Under the pieces are notes generated by a model that was not told the DNA's origin, did no database searches, and saw only the letters and a program-made list of their open reading frames with translations. From Peptococcaceae bacterium UBA5757 (GTDB taxonomy: Bacteria > Bacillota > Dehalobacteriia > UBA4068), in NCBI GenBank assembly GCA_002418965.1, contig DIFD01000015.1, positions 215,088-279,087 of the forward strand: a stretch of 64,000 nucleotides of DNA, written 5' to 3'. Below, piece by piece: positions 44,201-52,825 of the stretch. Each line of letters opens with the position of its first letter. Positions within the stretch are counted from its first letter, which is position 1. The position numbers and the translations under genes were made by a program.

Positions 44201-45615
44201 GCAAGGCCGCCGTATTCCACCGTCAGTCCGTTGGTGACCGCGGTGACGTCGCCTGTGATATCCACCAGACCGCCGTAAGCGGCATAAGCTCCGTAATAGT
44301 TGCCTTCCACGTCTCCGGTGACGGTGATGGTGGCTTCATTTTGAGCGACAGCACCTCCATAATAGCCGGTGGCGCTACCAGTGAGTGTGATCGTACTGCC
44401 GGGGCCGTTGGCATATAAAGCGATGATTTCCTGATAACTCATGCCACCTGGAAATGACGCAGTGAGGGTGCCTGTGATATTGATATCCCCGCCCAAAGAG
44501 GCATGGGCGCAGGATTTCAATTCGCCTGAAGAATTGACGGTTAAGGTGCCGCCATCTCCATCAACATCATAGATATTGAGTACGCCGCTGTTAACGGCTT
44601 GAAGCGCGTGGCCGTCCACACCGGAAACAGTCAGGTCATTGCCGTTAAGGTCGATGGTGAGCGTCTCGTTATCGGCGATAATGCTCTGAGAATAGGTAAC
44701 GTCCTGGAACAGCACGATGGTATCCTCATCCTGTGCTGCAGTTAAAGCCTCGCCCAAAGTATCGTATTGGGTGTCACCGATTTTGCAGGCATAAGTAGTA
44801 GGAGCGTCAAGCATAACCGTATTGAGGGTTGCAGACCCCGCCACCCACGTTGGCGTGGTAAACCCCGTTGAGCCGCTGTAATAATATACGGTGAAGCCTG
44901 AGGAAGGGATGGAAAAAACGAAAGTGCCCATAGTTGGAGCATTCCCTTCAAAGAGGACAGAGTTTAAATTTGCATTGTTTCCAAAGGCAAAGTACTCGAT
45001 GCTTGTAATATTAGCCGGGATTGTCAATGAGTTTAAAGCGCTATCGCCAAATGTCCAACTTTTAATGGTGGATAATGATGTTGGGATTCTGATTGTACTT
45101 AATGATGTAATACTAAATGCGCCGTCACCAAGTGTCAGCAGATTATTGCCGATGATGGTTACGGAAGTTAAGTTTCTGTTGTTAGCGAAAGCGTTGTTGT
45201 CAATTTGAGTTACGCTGTTAGGGATTGTAACCGTTGCCAGCCTAGAGCCATTAAAGGCGTTTTGGCCGATATAGTTGACCCCGTCCCCCAGGTCAACCGT
45301 AGCCACCACACTATTTTGGAAAGCAGCGGACTCGATCCTGAGCACGCTGTCCGGTATGGTAACGGATGTAATCGCAATGTTGTCCATAAAAGCTTCACTG
45401 CCGATCCTTGTGACAGGTAGCCCCGCAATTGTAGACGGAATCGTGATTTCGGTAGCTGAACCATTATATCCCGTTATTGCCGCGGTTGTTCCAACGTCAT
45501 AAGTCGTATAGTACCAATCGCCCTCTATTACCGCGGCAGAGGTTGTTGTTGGCAGGATTCCGGCTAAAGCTATTAGCATAGCAGCTACTAAAAATATTAA
45601 AACTTTCTTCCTCAT
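38281..45615 (-). CDS. Giant (2,444 aa) secreted S-layer-anchored surface protein with five regions. (1) Signal peptide and BspA-type leucine-rich repeats. (2) Long Gly/Thr/Asn-rich beta-helix-like repeats. (3) A beta-sandwich module that resembles the choice-of-anchor J family (identified from memory). (4) A GLUG-motif repeat region. (5) A Gly-rich linker, a Big-like region and three C-terminal SLH domains.
   Basis: Start MRKKVLIFLVAAMLIALAGILPTTTSAAV preceded by AGGAGG; the ORF is open to 45630. LRR consensus ITSVTIPDSV/VTIPNSVTQIDNNAF. More than 10 GGIVG/GGIAG GLUG motifs. Three SLH modules (VAFRDVAPSAWYADAVNFIAARGIT..., FSDAGNTYYTPYLLQAKALGIVNG..., FNDADLIADWAKDAMTTLVQAGVISG...). Confidence 0.85.
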   Translation of the reverse strand: MRKKVLIFLVAAMLIALAGILPTTTSAAVIEGDWYYTTYDVGTTAAITGYNGSATEITIPSTIAGLPVTRIGSEAFMDNIAITSVTIPDSVLRIESAAFQNSVVATVDLGDGVNYIGQNAFNGSRLATVTIPNSVTQIDNNAFANNRNLTSVTIIGNNLLTLGDGAFSITSLSTIRIPTSLSTIKSWTFGDSALNSLTIPANITSIEYFAFGNNANLNSVLFEGNAPTMGTFVFSIPSSGFTVYYYSGSTGFTTPTWVAGSATLNTVMLDAPTTYACKIGDTQYDTLGEALTAAQDEDTIVLFQDVTYSQSIIADNETLTIDLNGNDLTVSGVDGHALQAVNSGVLNIYDVDGDGGTLTVNSSGELKSCAHASLGGDINITGTLTASFPGGMSYQEIIALYANGPGSTITLTGSATGYYGGAVAQNEATITVTGDVEGNYYGAYAAYGGLVDITGDVTAVTNGLTVEYGGLAEVKGDITAELGIFIRNEGSWDAPVADIIGNIISTNYYAINAGGDADIDVEGNITGWIMMAGAFGSSAMDIDGNITGGVQITNTSSTSVFNITGNIDAAAGTAVNNDTGIMVVTGDITSGDGWGVASNSTFTLNGNIIAQEGVVSNAPSGNITINGNITANNSFGVYIYNGATVTVNGAISGANPYIRLDYVNYTEGNGVIEGNYMKYSCYTNNNPNYVHTVYVLIPNPVCEVDGVQYDTLDEGLAAAAVDNDTIKLLADINYTGQLAPTTDTWFNLNGHTLNVVNDSGAALWVNAGIDVDIYGEGAFNVTGSSGVIIGDGSSAKVTNATATGSNGLAVDVAYANSSATILGDATANGTGGAFAIAGYGTATIDGNVYAQGTGGTGVAALGSANITVKGYITAPNYINIAGTVKTPAQYSSITDNYYVYTNGTATVRARQEVCSLDGVNYLFLEDALEDAEDGDTITLLADIRYQGDIILIEKDLHFDLDTYKLNIGRTNSEGALKVDGGSLTIDDTDGGELNIVTGYIGVKALNGGTATVTSILDPTPSNSLNGYGIIAESGSSVTVTGDIKVLSYIGEGLHIYGGSHVHVYGDIYSLNGVYASGAGTEAILDGNLSATSGSGINADSGGTVTVKGDVTAGYRGVSAYGWTEGGGIVRVDGNVTATNYYAVEASAGSNVTIGGNAQSNIGLAAYGAGTTVFVKGSTVTTASTYGSNNDPTYGAYVFGGAEITVGGTITAANPTNYVKIGDTVMTQDEGILQGRYTVFTDGVSTVRLKGLEFFKENFESGMDGWDQSVIGSIPGWSVTNTLSDPTAAAHSGSYVAKFNSFSLSTETRSRLYQTESLNLSNGSDYWLEFWMYHDSSWSDYDDYITVQISTDGGNTWTNLDDPFYHYSETEGWKKEALSLAAYAGEPDVRIAFLGTCQWGYNIFIDDVSVSHECMIDGCSTTEAYGGYIASSQIGGETYYHVSTPEQLAHISDHLDLNFIQTADIDLADYNGGNWTPIGGFVDGNQSTDDDEFTGKYLGDGNTIDNLMIDSDYFGSNPIDIGLFARMTGEDALVDGLTVNVIGIETINDDYAHVGGIVGSADYSTITNCAVNYLGDVMTDSPNGGSGGIAGKAYFGNIENCTVTFDTGSIITYGWWKLAGGIIGRGASSIIDCHVIINEGEMIKAPAVGGIAGSLDKMRAMGKYVENCTVTGDGSLELTSQTYYSAYIGGIVGNTWDGDIRNCDNQVDINASLTMIREGESAYAGGIVGYTGPYTSIFGCENAGDVSLTVANNVITNMSVPSNNGEEYAYAGGITAFINGYSQASIIENCENNANITSTNLIPTNRAYAGGIVGHIDCGNGTNAGVTIINCANTGADKTVATYAGSTLTGGIAGSTTYTDFNTPNILIANCYNKSAVYTESNSAPKVGTMCIGLTAGGIVGAAGEITVNYTYSTASNVYALNNHEGDAYYGGIVGLIYNTGLSQNYYETNDNVTKAAGGIVSGMDILAEDDLVGSYEGATATQLKTKSFYGSGWSWYASGGTAPDYYSSSNPWRMTSSSSYALLKGAPYNTPVTPPSGGGGGSAIVVTTNRLGGHTTNSVELDGKSQSGTTSATLTPSIVSALLDKAGNTGGTDKGDILKLVIDTPDGTKKLVVTIDEDDLSAIAKNTDASLAITSPFISVTFDNKALETIATADNGGNVVISASVIDNSILSEKDQAKVKDRPVYDLTVTNGDTIVSNFDGGHATVTIPYTLRSGENPNCILVYYLADDGSLQTVKGHYDPIKKAVVFTTTHFSKFILGYNQVAFRDVAPSAWYADAVNFIAARGITSGTSEGIYSPNANLTRGQFVVLLMNAYQIGTQSTAGTENFSDAGNTYYTPYLLQAKALGIVNGVGNNLFAPQKAITRQEMIVMLYNALEVIDEVPDAMNNTALTSFNDADLIADWAKDAMTTLVQAGVISGSNDLLNPKSGTTRAEIAQVLYNLLSK
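38284..38850 (-). other. Three tandem SLH (S-layer homology) cell-wall anchoring domains at the C-terminus of the giant protein
   Basis: Three ~55 aa modules, each with an aromatic/ARG...T.G motif typical of SLH. Confidence 0.7.
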
Positions 45616-45616
45616 T

Positions 45617-45913
45617 TTACTCCTCCTCATAAATTACCTTTGCTTCTACATGCTTCTTTAATTCCTGGTAAATGGCTCTCAAATCTGTATCCTCAATAAA
45701 AGTACCCCAAAACAGTAAACTCCGAGTTTTGATTTCGATCTCGGAATGCTTTTTTTTGGTAAGCGTTATGCAGTTTAGGTCTTCTGGTAAAATTTTGATA
45801 ATAGGGTTGGCCTCATTGTCATAAGGGGCGAGCAAAATGCCTCCTTCAAGCATTGAAAGGTCATAAAGTGTGGTTTCATAAAATCCGGTTTTGATTCTTA
45901 AACCATAATGCAT
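45617..45913 (-). CDS. Small hypothetical protein (~98 aa), translationally coupled to the giant surface-protein gene
   Basis: Its final codons GAG-GAG-GAG-TAA form the Shine-Dalgarno for the giant gene; 1 nt separates its stop from that gene's ATG. Start ATG after GAGGTGG; the ORF is open to 45922. Confidence 0.55.
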   Translation of the reverse strand: MHYGLRIKTGFYETTLYDLSMLEGGILLAPYDNEANPIIKILPEDLNCITLTKKKHSEIEIKTRSLLFWGTFIEDTDLRAIYQELKKHVEAKVIYEEE

Positions 45914-46064
45914 CCATACCACCTCATAAATAATTATACATGAAAGGCAGGAATAAAGGGGGATGGCATTGAATCTGTCAATGTCAAATAAGTTGGCATG
46001 ATTGATGACAACCTATTCGGTAGGGCAGTCTAATATTTAGGTGTGATTTTATGGGGGAATGTAA

Positions 46065-47588
46065 ATGGGACTTCATAAGAAACTTGATTTTTTGATGAAT
46101 ATCACAAAAACGTCGAACAGTTCTCTGGCCTTATACACTTCTTTGGATCCATCCTATATCAGTCGTTTGCGCCGGGGAGAAAGAAAACTGATAAAAGATG
46201 CCGATTATCTTAAAAAGATGGCGGTTTATTTTAGCAAACAATGTGTGGAGGAGTACCAGAAAAAAGCGCTGTTGGAAGCGCTGCAAAAACCGGCGGAACT
46301 GTTGTTTGATTCTAAGAGAATGACAGAACAGCTCTATCATTGGTTGTTGGAGGATAATTTGGCTGAAACAGCCTCCATTACCGGATTTTTAGACGGATTA
46401 TCCGCAATCAGAATGAAAAAGATGCCTGTCAATGAAAGCAAAATTACGCCACAAAAATTAAACCAAACGCAATCGGATGTATCGTTGTATTTTGGCATTG
46501 AAGGAAAACGGGAAGCGGTCATTCGATTTTTATCCAATGTTGTGGAAGCCAAGGAACAGCAAACGACTTTATATTTGTATAGCGACGAACCGATGGATTG
46601 GTTATTGGATGATCTGTCGTTTTCATTAAAATGGGCCAACTTATTAGCCCGGGTTGTCGGTCAGGGGAATCGAATTAAAATCATCCACACCGTAAGCAGA
46701 AACTTAAACGAAATGCTGGAAGCATTGACAAAATGGATGCCGCTTTATATGACCGGAGCGATTGATCCTTATTATTACCCCAAAAAAAGGGATGGCATTT
46801 TTAAGAGGACATTGTTTATCGCTCCGAAGAATGTGGCCGTAACATCGACTTCGATTGAACCGATGACAAAGCAGGCGGTCAATATCGTATTGAAGGATGC
46901 AGATGCGATCGATGCATTAACGGAAGAGCTTAAGAGTTACCTAAGTTTATGCAAGCCTCTGATGCGGATTTTTACCGATAAGGACAAATTGCACTATTTG
47001 GAAACACTGGAGGAATTTGAAAGGGAACCTGCTGATGCTATTATCAGAACCGGACATCTTTCTTTGGCTACGATGCCCTTTGCGGTTGCCGAGGCCATCG
47101 CAAGCAGATCGGCGGTTTTGGATCAAAAAGAACTGAAAGAATATTTTTTAAAAAGAAAAGAAGGATTCGAACATAGTCTGTATCAAAATCGGTTTTATGA
47201 AATCATCCGGCTGCCGGAACTGACAACCATTCAGGAAGGGCGGGTGAAAGTTCAAATACCGGGGATATCGGAATCTTTTATTTTGCAATATCGTCCCGAA
47301 GAATACCGCATGCACCTGGAAAACATTATTTTGTTGTTGCAGAATTTTGAGAACTACCAGATAAGTCTACAAAAAAATTTAACAGAAGACGGGTTCCGGC
47401 TATATTCTAAAGAGGATCTAGGTACGATTGTTGTTAAAACAACCCCTCCCCATGCGATCTTTGCCATTAACGAAAGCAATATGACGGCTGCTTTCTGGGA
47501 TTATTTAAATATGCTATATTATGAAAATAAGCCGAATAAAAAAAGAGTTATCAAAGAGCTTCAGGATTTGGCGGATGGACTAAAATAA
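46065..47588 (+). CDS. XRE-family HTH transcriptional regulator with a ~440 aa uncharacterised C-terminal domain, divergent from the surface-protein operon
   Basis: N-terminal HTH LDFLMNITKTSNSSLALYTSLDPSYISRLRRGER. The rest has no recognisable domain. Confidence 0.6.
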   Translation: MGLHKKLDFLMNITKTSNSSLALYTSLDPSYISRLRRGERKLIKDADYLKKMAVYFSKQCVEEYQKKALLEALQKPAELLFDSKRMTEQLYHWLLEDNLAETASITGFLDGLSAIRMKKMPVNESKITPQKLNQTQSDVSLYFGIEGKREAVIRFLSNVVEAKEQQTTLYLYSDEPMDWLLDDLSFSLKWANLLARVVGQGNRIKIIHTVSRNLNEMLEALTKWMPLYMTGAIDPYYYPKKRDGIFKRTLFIAPKNVAVTSTSIEPMTKQAVNIVLKDADAIDALTEELKSYLSLCKPLMRIFTDKDKLHYLETLEEFEREPADAIIRTGHLSLATMPFAVAEAIASRSAVLDQKELKEYFLKRKEGFEHSLYQNRFYEIIRLPELTTIQEGRVKVQIPGISESFILQYRPEEYRMHLENIILLLQNFENYQISLQKNLTEDGFRLYSKEDLGTIVVKTTPPHAIFAINESNMTAAFWDYLNMLYYENKPNKKRVIKELQDLADGLK

Positions 47589-47964
47589 TTCTATTTAAAT
47601 GGACAAAGAGGTTATGTTCGCGTATTTTATATGATTAAGAAAAGAGATGATAAAACCCCATAATCGTATTATATTGATTCCGGGGTTTTATCACTATGGT
47701 CGCCAGAATTGATGTGCTTTTTGAGTAGGATCACAACAATCCTGATGTGGATATTTATATCGTTACAATGATTAGCTACTTTAAGCCTAATAAAAAGAAG
47801 AGCCATCGGGATAAGGTGACGAGTAAGCTACTAATTAGCCTCCCAAAGAACATAAACATAAATAAAAAGGGTAACCATATGTTTGGTTACCTTATTTATT
47901 TAATCTAACGATAGAATTATGCTATAATTAATTAAAAAAGAAAATGAAAGTGATTTAAGTTACG

Positions 47965-49308
47965 ATGATGATTGAACTGCCTAAAGATGTAAAAACATTA
48001 ATCAATACACTTGAAAATGAGGGGTATGAAGCGTATCTCGTCGGGGGTTGCGTCCGTGACCTTTTACTGGGGATGTCTCCCCATGATTGGGATATTACGA
48101 CCGATGCGTTGCCGGAAGAGATCATCGATTGTTTCAGTGACAAAACGATTGTCAAGAGCGGTTTAAAATATGGGACGGTTATGGTCGTTGAAAACGGAAT
48201 CGCCTATGAGATCACGACCTTTAGGATCGACCAGGGCTACTCTGATAGGAGGCGGCCCGATGCGGTATTGTTTACCGCTTGCCTGCAAGACGATTTGAGC
48301 CGCAGGGACTTTTCTATTAATGCCATGGCCTATCATCCCAAAGTAGGCCTGATTGATTACTTTGGGGGAGAAGATGATTTGCAAAACAAAATAATACGCT
48401 GCATCGGCAATGCGGACGACCGTTTTAACGAGGACGCGTTGAGGATTCTGCGCGCGCTTCGTTTTGCTTCTGTATTGGGCTTTGAGATTGAAGAAACCAC
48501 GTCAAAAAGCATTGATCGAAATAAAGATCTGTTAAAAGATATTGCTATTGAACGCATCAATATAGAATTTTGCAAGTTGATTTGTGGTGGGCATGTGAAA
48601 GAAGTACTGTTAAATTACGCGGATGTCTTTGCCGTTTTTATACCGGAAATTTGGCCTATGTTTGGCTTTGAACAAAATTCTCCGCACCACTATTTGAACG
48701 TTTGGGAGCATACCGTGGAGACTGTTGCCCAAACGCCGGAAGATCTGATTTTAAGATTAACCCTCTTCTTTCATGATATTGCAAAGCCAAAATGTTATTT
48801 TGAAAGCGAGGATGGTTTCGGACATTTTTGCGGTCATCCCAAATATAGTGAAAATATGGCCTACGAGATTATGAAACGGATGAAGTTTGATAACAAAACG
48901 ATCGAGATTGTCGGCGAGCTGGTCCGTTATCATGATATTAAGATCGAAGCGGAAGGAAAACAGGTTAAAAGATTGCTGGGTAAAATCGGGGAAGAGCGGT
49001 TTAGGCAGTTGATCCTGGTAAAACGGGCCGATATATCTTCCCAAAGTCCACAATTTCGTGAGGAACGTTTAGAAAAGCTCAATGATCTTCTCCAGTTTGC
49101 GGAAGGTATTTTAGCCGAAGAGCAATGTTTTCAAATCAAGGACCTGGCAATCGATGGCAACGATCTATTGGAGATGGGGATTCCTCAGGGTATTTTAATG
49201 GGCAAGATCCTGCATCAACTTTTTGACCAGGTGCTCAATGATGCAGTTCCCAATGATAAGCAAACCTTATTGGATGCTGCAAAAGAGATCGAACAGAAAT
49301 TATCATAA
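47965..49308 (+). CDS. cca: CCA-adding tRNA nucleotidyltransferase with HD domain
   Basis: LVGGCVRDLLLG and DWDITTDALPEEI motifs. Confidence 0.88.
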   Translation: MMIELPKDVKTLINTLENEGYEAYLVGGCVRDLLLGMSPHDWDITTDALPEEIIDCFSDKTIVKSGLKYGTVMVVENGIAYEITTFRIDQGYSDRRRPDAVLFTACLQDDLSRRDFSINAMAYHPKVGLIDYFGGEDDLQNKIIRCIGNADDRFNEDALRILRALRFASVLGFEIEETTSKSIDRNKDLLKDIAIERINIEFCKLICGGHVKEVLLNYADVFAVFIPEIWPMFGFEQNSPHHYLNVWEHTVETVAQTPEDLILRLTLFFHDIAKPKCYFESEDGFGHFCGHPKYSENMAYEIMKRMKFDNKTIEIVGELVRYHDIKIEAEGKQVKRLLGKIGEERFRQLILVKRADISSQSPQFREERLEKLNDLLQFAEGILAEEQCFQIKDLAIDGNDLLEMGIPQGILMGKILHQLFDQVLNDAVPNDKQTLLDAAKEIEQKLS

Positions 49309-49381
49309 ACATGTAAACTCTCTATAAGACTATCCTGTAAAAAGGCACCCAATCGGAAGGTTGGATGCTTGGTGTATTTCT

Positions 49382-49828
49382 TTAGATAAAAAACATGGGG
49401 GCTTGATTTGTTTTTTGCTTTTCGGATTCAAGGATTAAATCTTCCAGAGTAATTTGTGCCAAATTCGTTTTGACGGTTTCATCCAAAGGGGCAAAAACAG
49501 ATAAGCGCATAGCGGCTTCGACTTCCGGAGCATTTGACTTGACGGTTTCTTCCGTTTGGTCAAAAAGGGAATTTTCTACGGCGGACAAAATATCAAATAC
49601 GGAAATTTCTTTGGGCAGCCGTGTTAATTTATATCCTCCTTGAGAACCTTTTACCGATTGGACGAGGTGTGCTCTTTTTAATAAGGCAAAAACCTGTTCC
49701 AAATAGATCTTTGATATCCCCAAGCGATCGGAAATGCTGATCACCGTGACATGCTCATTGATAGGATAACTTCGTCCCAGATCGATCATGGCGGCAAGCG
49801 CATAACGTCCTTTTACAGATATTCTCAT
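49382..49828 (-). CDS. Rrf2-family transcriptional regulator (CymR/IscR-like), divergent from cysK
   Basis: MRISVKGRYALAAMIDLGRSY N-terminal wHTH. 148 aa. Confidence 0.85.
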   Translation of the reverse strand: MRISVKGRYALAAMIDLGRSYPINEHVTVISISDRLGISKIYLEQVFALLKRAHLVQSVKGSQGGYKLTRLPKEISVFDILSAVENSLFDQTEETVKSNAPEVEAAMRLSVFAPLDETVKTNLAQITLEDLILESEKQKTNQAPMFFI

Positions 49829-50030
49829 AACCGCTCCTCCTTAACGCATACATATATGACATGTATTGAATATAGCAGTTAAAAGGCAGATTTGTCAATA
49901 GCCTATCATTCATATAAAAATTATATTAATGTATTTTAAACCTATTGACAAAAGGTTTTTTTTAGCGTATGATAATAACAAATAAAACATATTAAACATA
50001 TATGTAATTAAAATTTAAGGAGGCTTTTTT

Positions 50031-50960
50031 GTGTCAAAGGTTTACAAAACGTTAACCGATTTGATTGGGAATACGCCGCTTCTGGAACTTTCCAACTACA
50101 ATAAAAAGCATCATTTGCAGTCTGCCATTTTAGGGAAGTTAGAATATTTCAATCCAGCGGGAAGCATTAAGGACAGAATTGGCAAGGCGATGATTGACGA
50201 TGCGGAAGCAAAAGGGCTTTTAAAACCGGACTCCGTTATCATCGAACCGACAAGTGGAAATACGGGAATCGGTTTGGCTTCGGTAGCGGCTGCGAGAGGG
50301 TACCGTTTGATTTTAACTATGCCGGAGACGATGAGCTTGGAACGGAGAAACCTTTTGCAAGCTTATGGAGCCGAGTTGGTCTTGACCGAAGGGGCACAAG
50401 GAATGAAAGGCGCAATTGAAAAGGCGGATGAACTGGCCAAAGAAATCCCCAATTCCTTCATCCCGGGGCAATTTGACAACCCGGCTAATCCTGCAATCCA
50501 TAAGGCTACGACCGGCCCGGAAATTTGGAACGATACGGATGGGAAAGTGGATATTTTTGTTGCCGGGGTTGGTACCGGTGGTACCATTACCGGAGTAGGA
50601 GAGTTTTTGAAATCAAAGAACCCCAAAATTCAGGTGGTTGCCGTAGAGCCTGCCGACTCGCCTGTGTTGTCTGAAGGCAGATCCGGTTCGCATCAAATCC
50701 AGGGGATCGGCGCCGGATTTGTACCGAAAGTTCTTAACACCTCCGTTTATGATGAAATTATCGCGGTTAAAAACGAGGACGCTTTTTTAACGGGCAAAGA
50801 GCTCTCGCAAACAGAAGGGTTGCTGGTAGGGATATCCGCCGGCGCAGCTGTTTGGGCCGCGACCGAGTTGGCCAAACGTCCGGAAAACGTGGGGAAAACA
50901 ATTGTTGTGATTCTGCCGGATACCGGTGAACGGTATTTGTCCACGCCGCTGTTTACTTGA
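50031..50960 (+). CDS. cysK: Cysteine synthase A (O-acetylserine sulfhydrylase)
   Basis: 309 aa. PLP-lysine motif GSIKDR, plus GTGGT. Confidence 0.92.
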   Translation: MSKVYKTLTDLIGNTPLLELSNYNKKHHLQSAILGKLEYFNPAGSIKDRIGKAMIDDAEAKGLLKPDSVIIEPTSGNTGIGLASVAAARGYRLILTMPETMSLERRNLLQAYGAELVLTEGAQGMKGAIEKADELAKEIPNSFIPGQFDNPANPAIHKATTGPEIWNDTDGKVDIFVAGVGTGGTITGVGEFLKSKNPKIQVVAVEPADSPVLSEGRSGSHQIQGIGAGFVPKVLNTSVYDEIIAVKNEDAFLTGKELSQTEGLLVGISAGAAVWAATELAKRPENVGKTIVVILPDTGERYLSTPLFT

Positions 50961-51180
50961 TAAGATCGGGTGCGCTAAAAATGAGTTGTGCGGGAATCTC
51001 TTTGGCAGTAAAATAAAATTAGTATATGGGCAATATAGAGTCTAATTTTTTTAGCAACAAACTATTAATTATATTTTGCCTGCACCTCTTGATATTTTTG
51101 TTTAAGGGGAGCATATCTTTTAATCTAAATAATACTAAATACATATGAATAATACGATATAGAAAGTGTGTGTGATGTAA

Positions 51181-52467
51181 TTGACCAGTGAGCGTAAATT
51201 AAAATTTGAGACCCTGCAAATCCATGTCGGTCAAGAGAAGCCCGATCCGGCAACCGATGCCAGAGCAGTCCCAATTTACCAGACTTCTTCCTATGTGTTT
51301 GCTAATTCAGCCCAAGCTGCAGGGAGATTTGCCCTGACGGAAGACGGCAATATCTATTCACGCATCATGAACCCGACTTCTGATGTTTTTGAAAGACGGA
51401 TTGCTGCTTTGGAAGGCGGTATTGCGGCACTGGCCACATCCAGCGGAGCGGCAGCCATTACCTATGCTGTTCAAAACATTGCCCATTCCGGTGATCATAT
51501 CGTATCCGCTAGCACTTTATACGGCGGTACTTATAATCTTTTTGCCCATACGTTAAAAGATTTTGGGATCGAAGTTACTTTTGTAGACCCGGATGTTAAA
51601 GGCGGCTTTGAAAAAGCGATTCGTCCTAATACCAAGGCGCTTTTTGTCGAAAGTTTGGGGAATCCCAATTCCAGCCTGATCGATATCGAGGCGATTGCTA
51701 ACGTGGCGCATAAACACGGGATACCCTTGATCATTGACAATACGTTTGCCACGCCTTATCTGCTCCGGCCTATCGAATATGGCGCTGATATCGTGATTCA
51801 TTCCGCCACCAAATTTATCGGTGGCCATGGCACTTCCATCGGCGGCGTGATCGTGGATGGCGGTCATTTCGATTGGGCCGCATCTGGCAAATTCCCCGCC
51901 TTGACGGAACCGGATCCCAGTTATCATGGCGTCCGCTTTACGGAGGCCGCAGGACCTGCTGCTTATATTATTCGGGCGCGCGTGATCCTGCTGCGAGATA
52001 CGGGTTCCACCTTAAGCCCATTTAACTCCTTTCTCTTTTTGCAGGGGTTGGAAACGTTGTCTTTAAGGGTGGAACGCCATATTGAAAACACACTTAAAGT
52101 GATCGATTACCTTAAAAACCATCCGAAAGTAGAACGGATCAACCATCCTTCTTTGCCGAATAGTCCCTATAAAAAACTCTATGATCGGTATTTCCCCAAC
52201 GGCGCCGGTTCCATCTTTACTTTTGAGATCAAAGGCGGAGCAAAAGAGGCCAAAGCTTTTATCGACCGCTTGGAGATCTTCTCGCTTTTGGCCAATGTTG
52301 CGGACGTAAAGTCTTTGGTTATCCATCCCGCCAGCACGACCCATTCTCAGATGAACGAACAGGAATTGCGAGATTCCGGTATCAAACCCAATACCGTACG
52401 TCTGTCGATCGGAACGGAACATATCGACGATTTGATCTATGACTTGGATCAGGCTTTTAAAGGGTGA
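51181..52467 (+). CDS. metY: O-acetylhomoserine aminocarboxypropyltransferase (OAH sulfhydrylase)
   Basis: 428 aa, [11 protein letters not shown]... PLP-dependent Cys/Met-metabolism family. TTG start immediately after an in-frame TAA. Confidence 0.88.
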   Translation: MTSERKLKFETLQIHVGQEKPDPATDARAVPIYQTSSYVFANSAQAAGRFALTEDGNIYSRIMNPTSDVFERRIAALEGGIAALATSSGAAAITYAVQNIAHSGDHIVSASTLYGGTYNLFAHTLKDFGIEVTFVDPDVKGGFEKAIRPNTKALFVESLGNPNSSLIDIEAIANVAHKHGIPLIIDNTFATPYLLRPIEYGADIVIHSATKFIGGHGTSIGGVIVDGGHFDWAASGKFPALTEPDPSYHGVRFTEAAGPAAYIIRARVILLRDTGSTLSPFNSFLFLQGLETLSLRVERHIENTLKVIDYLKNHPKVERINHPSLPNSPYKKLYDRYFPNGAGSIFTFEIKGGAKEAKAFIDRLEIFSLLANVADVKSLVIHPASTTHSQMNEQELRDSGIKPNTVRLSIGTEHIDDLIYDLDQAFKG

Positions 52468-52539
52468 GTTCAGGAAAGCGATCCAGTGTCGTAAGCATTT
52501 GGGCTTAAGTTTTGGTTAACCCAAATATGTTGTTCAAAT

Positions 52540-52825
52540 TGACAAAGAGAATAATACCGTTACTTTTGGGGACGAGGCCGATCTTTATCAGGATGATTTG
52601 ATAGCTGGATATATCAACTTGATTTCTGTAGAAAATCTGCCTTCACCCATGAAAGTTACTGTTATGACCAGGTATAATCAAGCGGAAACACCTGCTACCA
52701 TTTGCATGTTGGCCGGGAGCATATTTATGTTAAATTTGATGAGCCGCAATGCGCCGTCTCTCCCGGACAGGTCGTCGTTTTTTTATGACAGAGATATCGT
52801 AGTCGGCGGCACCATTATTGAATAA
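52540..52825 (+). pseudogene. mnmA: Decayed 3' remnant (~90 codons) of tRNA-specific 2-thiouridylase MnmA, with at least two frameshifts
   Basis: Frame 1 reads ...AGYINLISVENLPSPMKVTVMTRYNQAETPAT... A different frame reads VKFDEPQCAVSPGQVVVF. After a T7 run the reading returns to the first frame with YDRDIVVGGTIIE*. All three match the MnmA C-terminal domain consensus. No N-terminal PP-loop part is present. Confidence 0.65.

Noticed and set aside
38826-45502. Many 60-180 aa ORFs on the plus strand and in alternative frames inside the giant surface-protein gene
   Set aside because: They lie antisense to, or out of frame within, a continuous 7.3 kb ORF with clear domain homology. The repetitive Gly/Thr/Asn-rich coding sequence produces long stop-free stretches in other frames. 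None has a start context or homology.
38281-45615. Possible CRISPR array or other non-coding tandem repeats
   Set aside because: The only extensive repeats in the window are in-frame protein repeats of the surface protein (LRR, beta-helix, GLUG). No regularly spaced direct repeats with unique spacers were seen in intergenic DNA.
45616-45630. Upstream ATG at 45630 (MRRSKMRKK...) as the start of the giant gene
   Set aside because: The second ATG (45615) is preceded at optimal distance by AGGAGG and begins a canonical signal peptide. The first ATG overlaps the coding end of the upstream small ORF.
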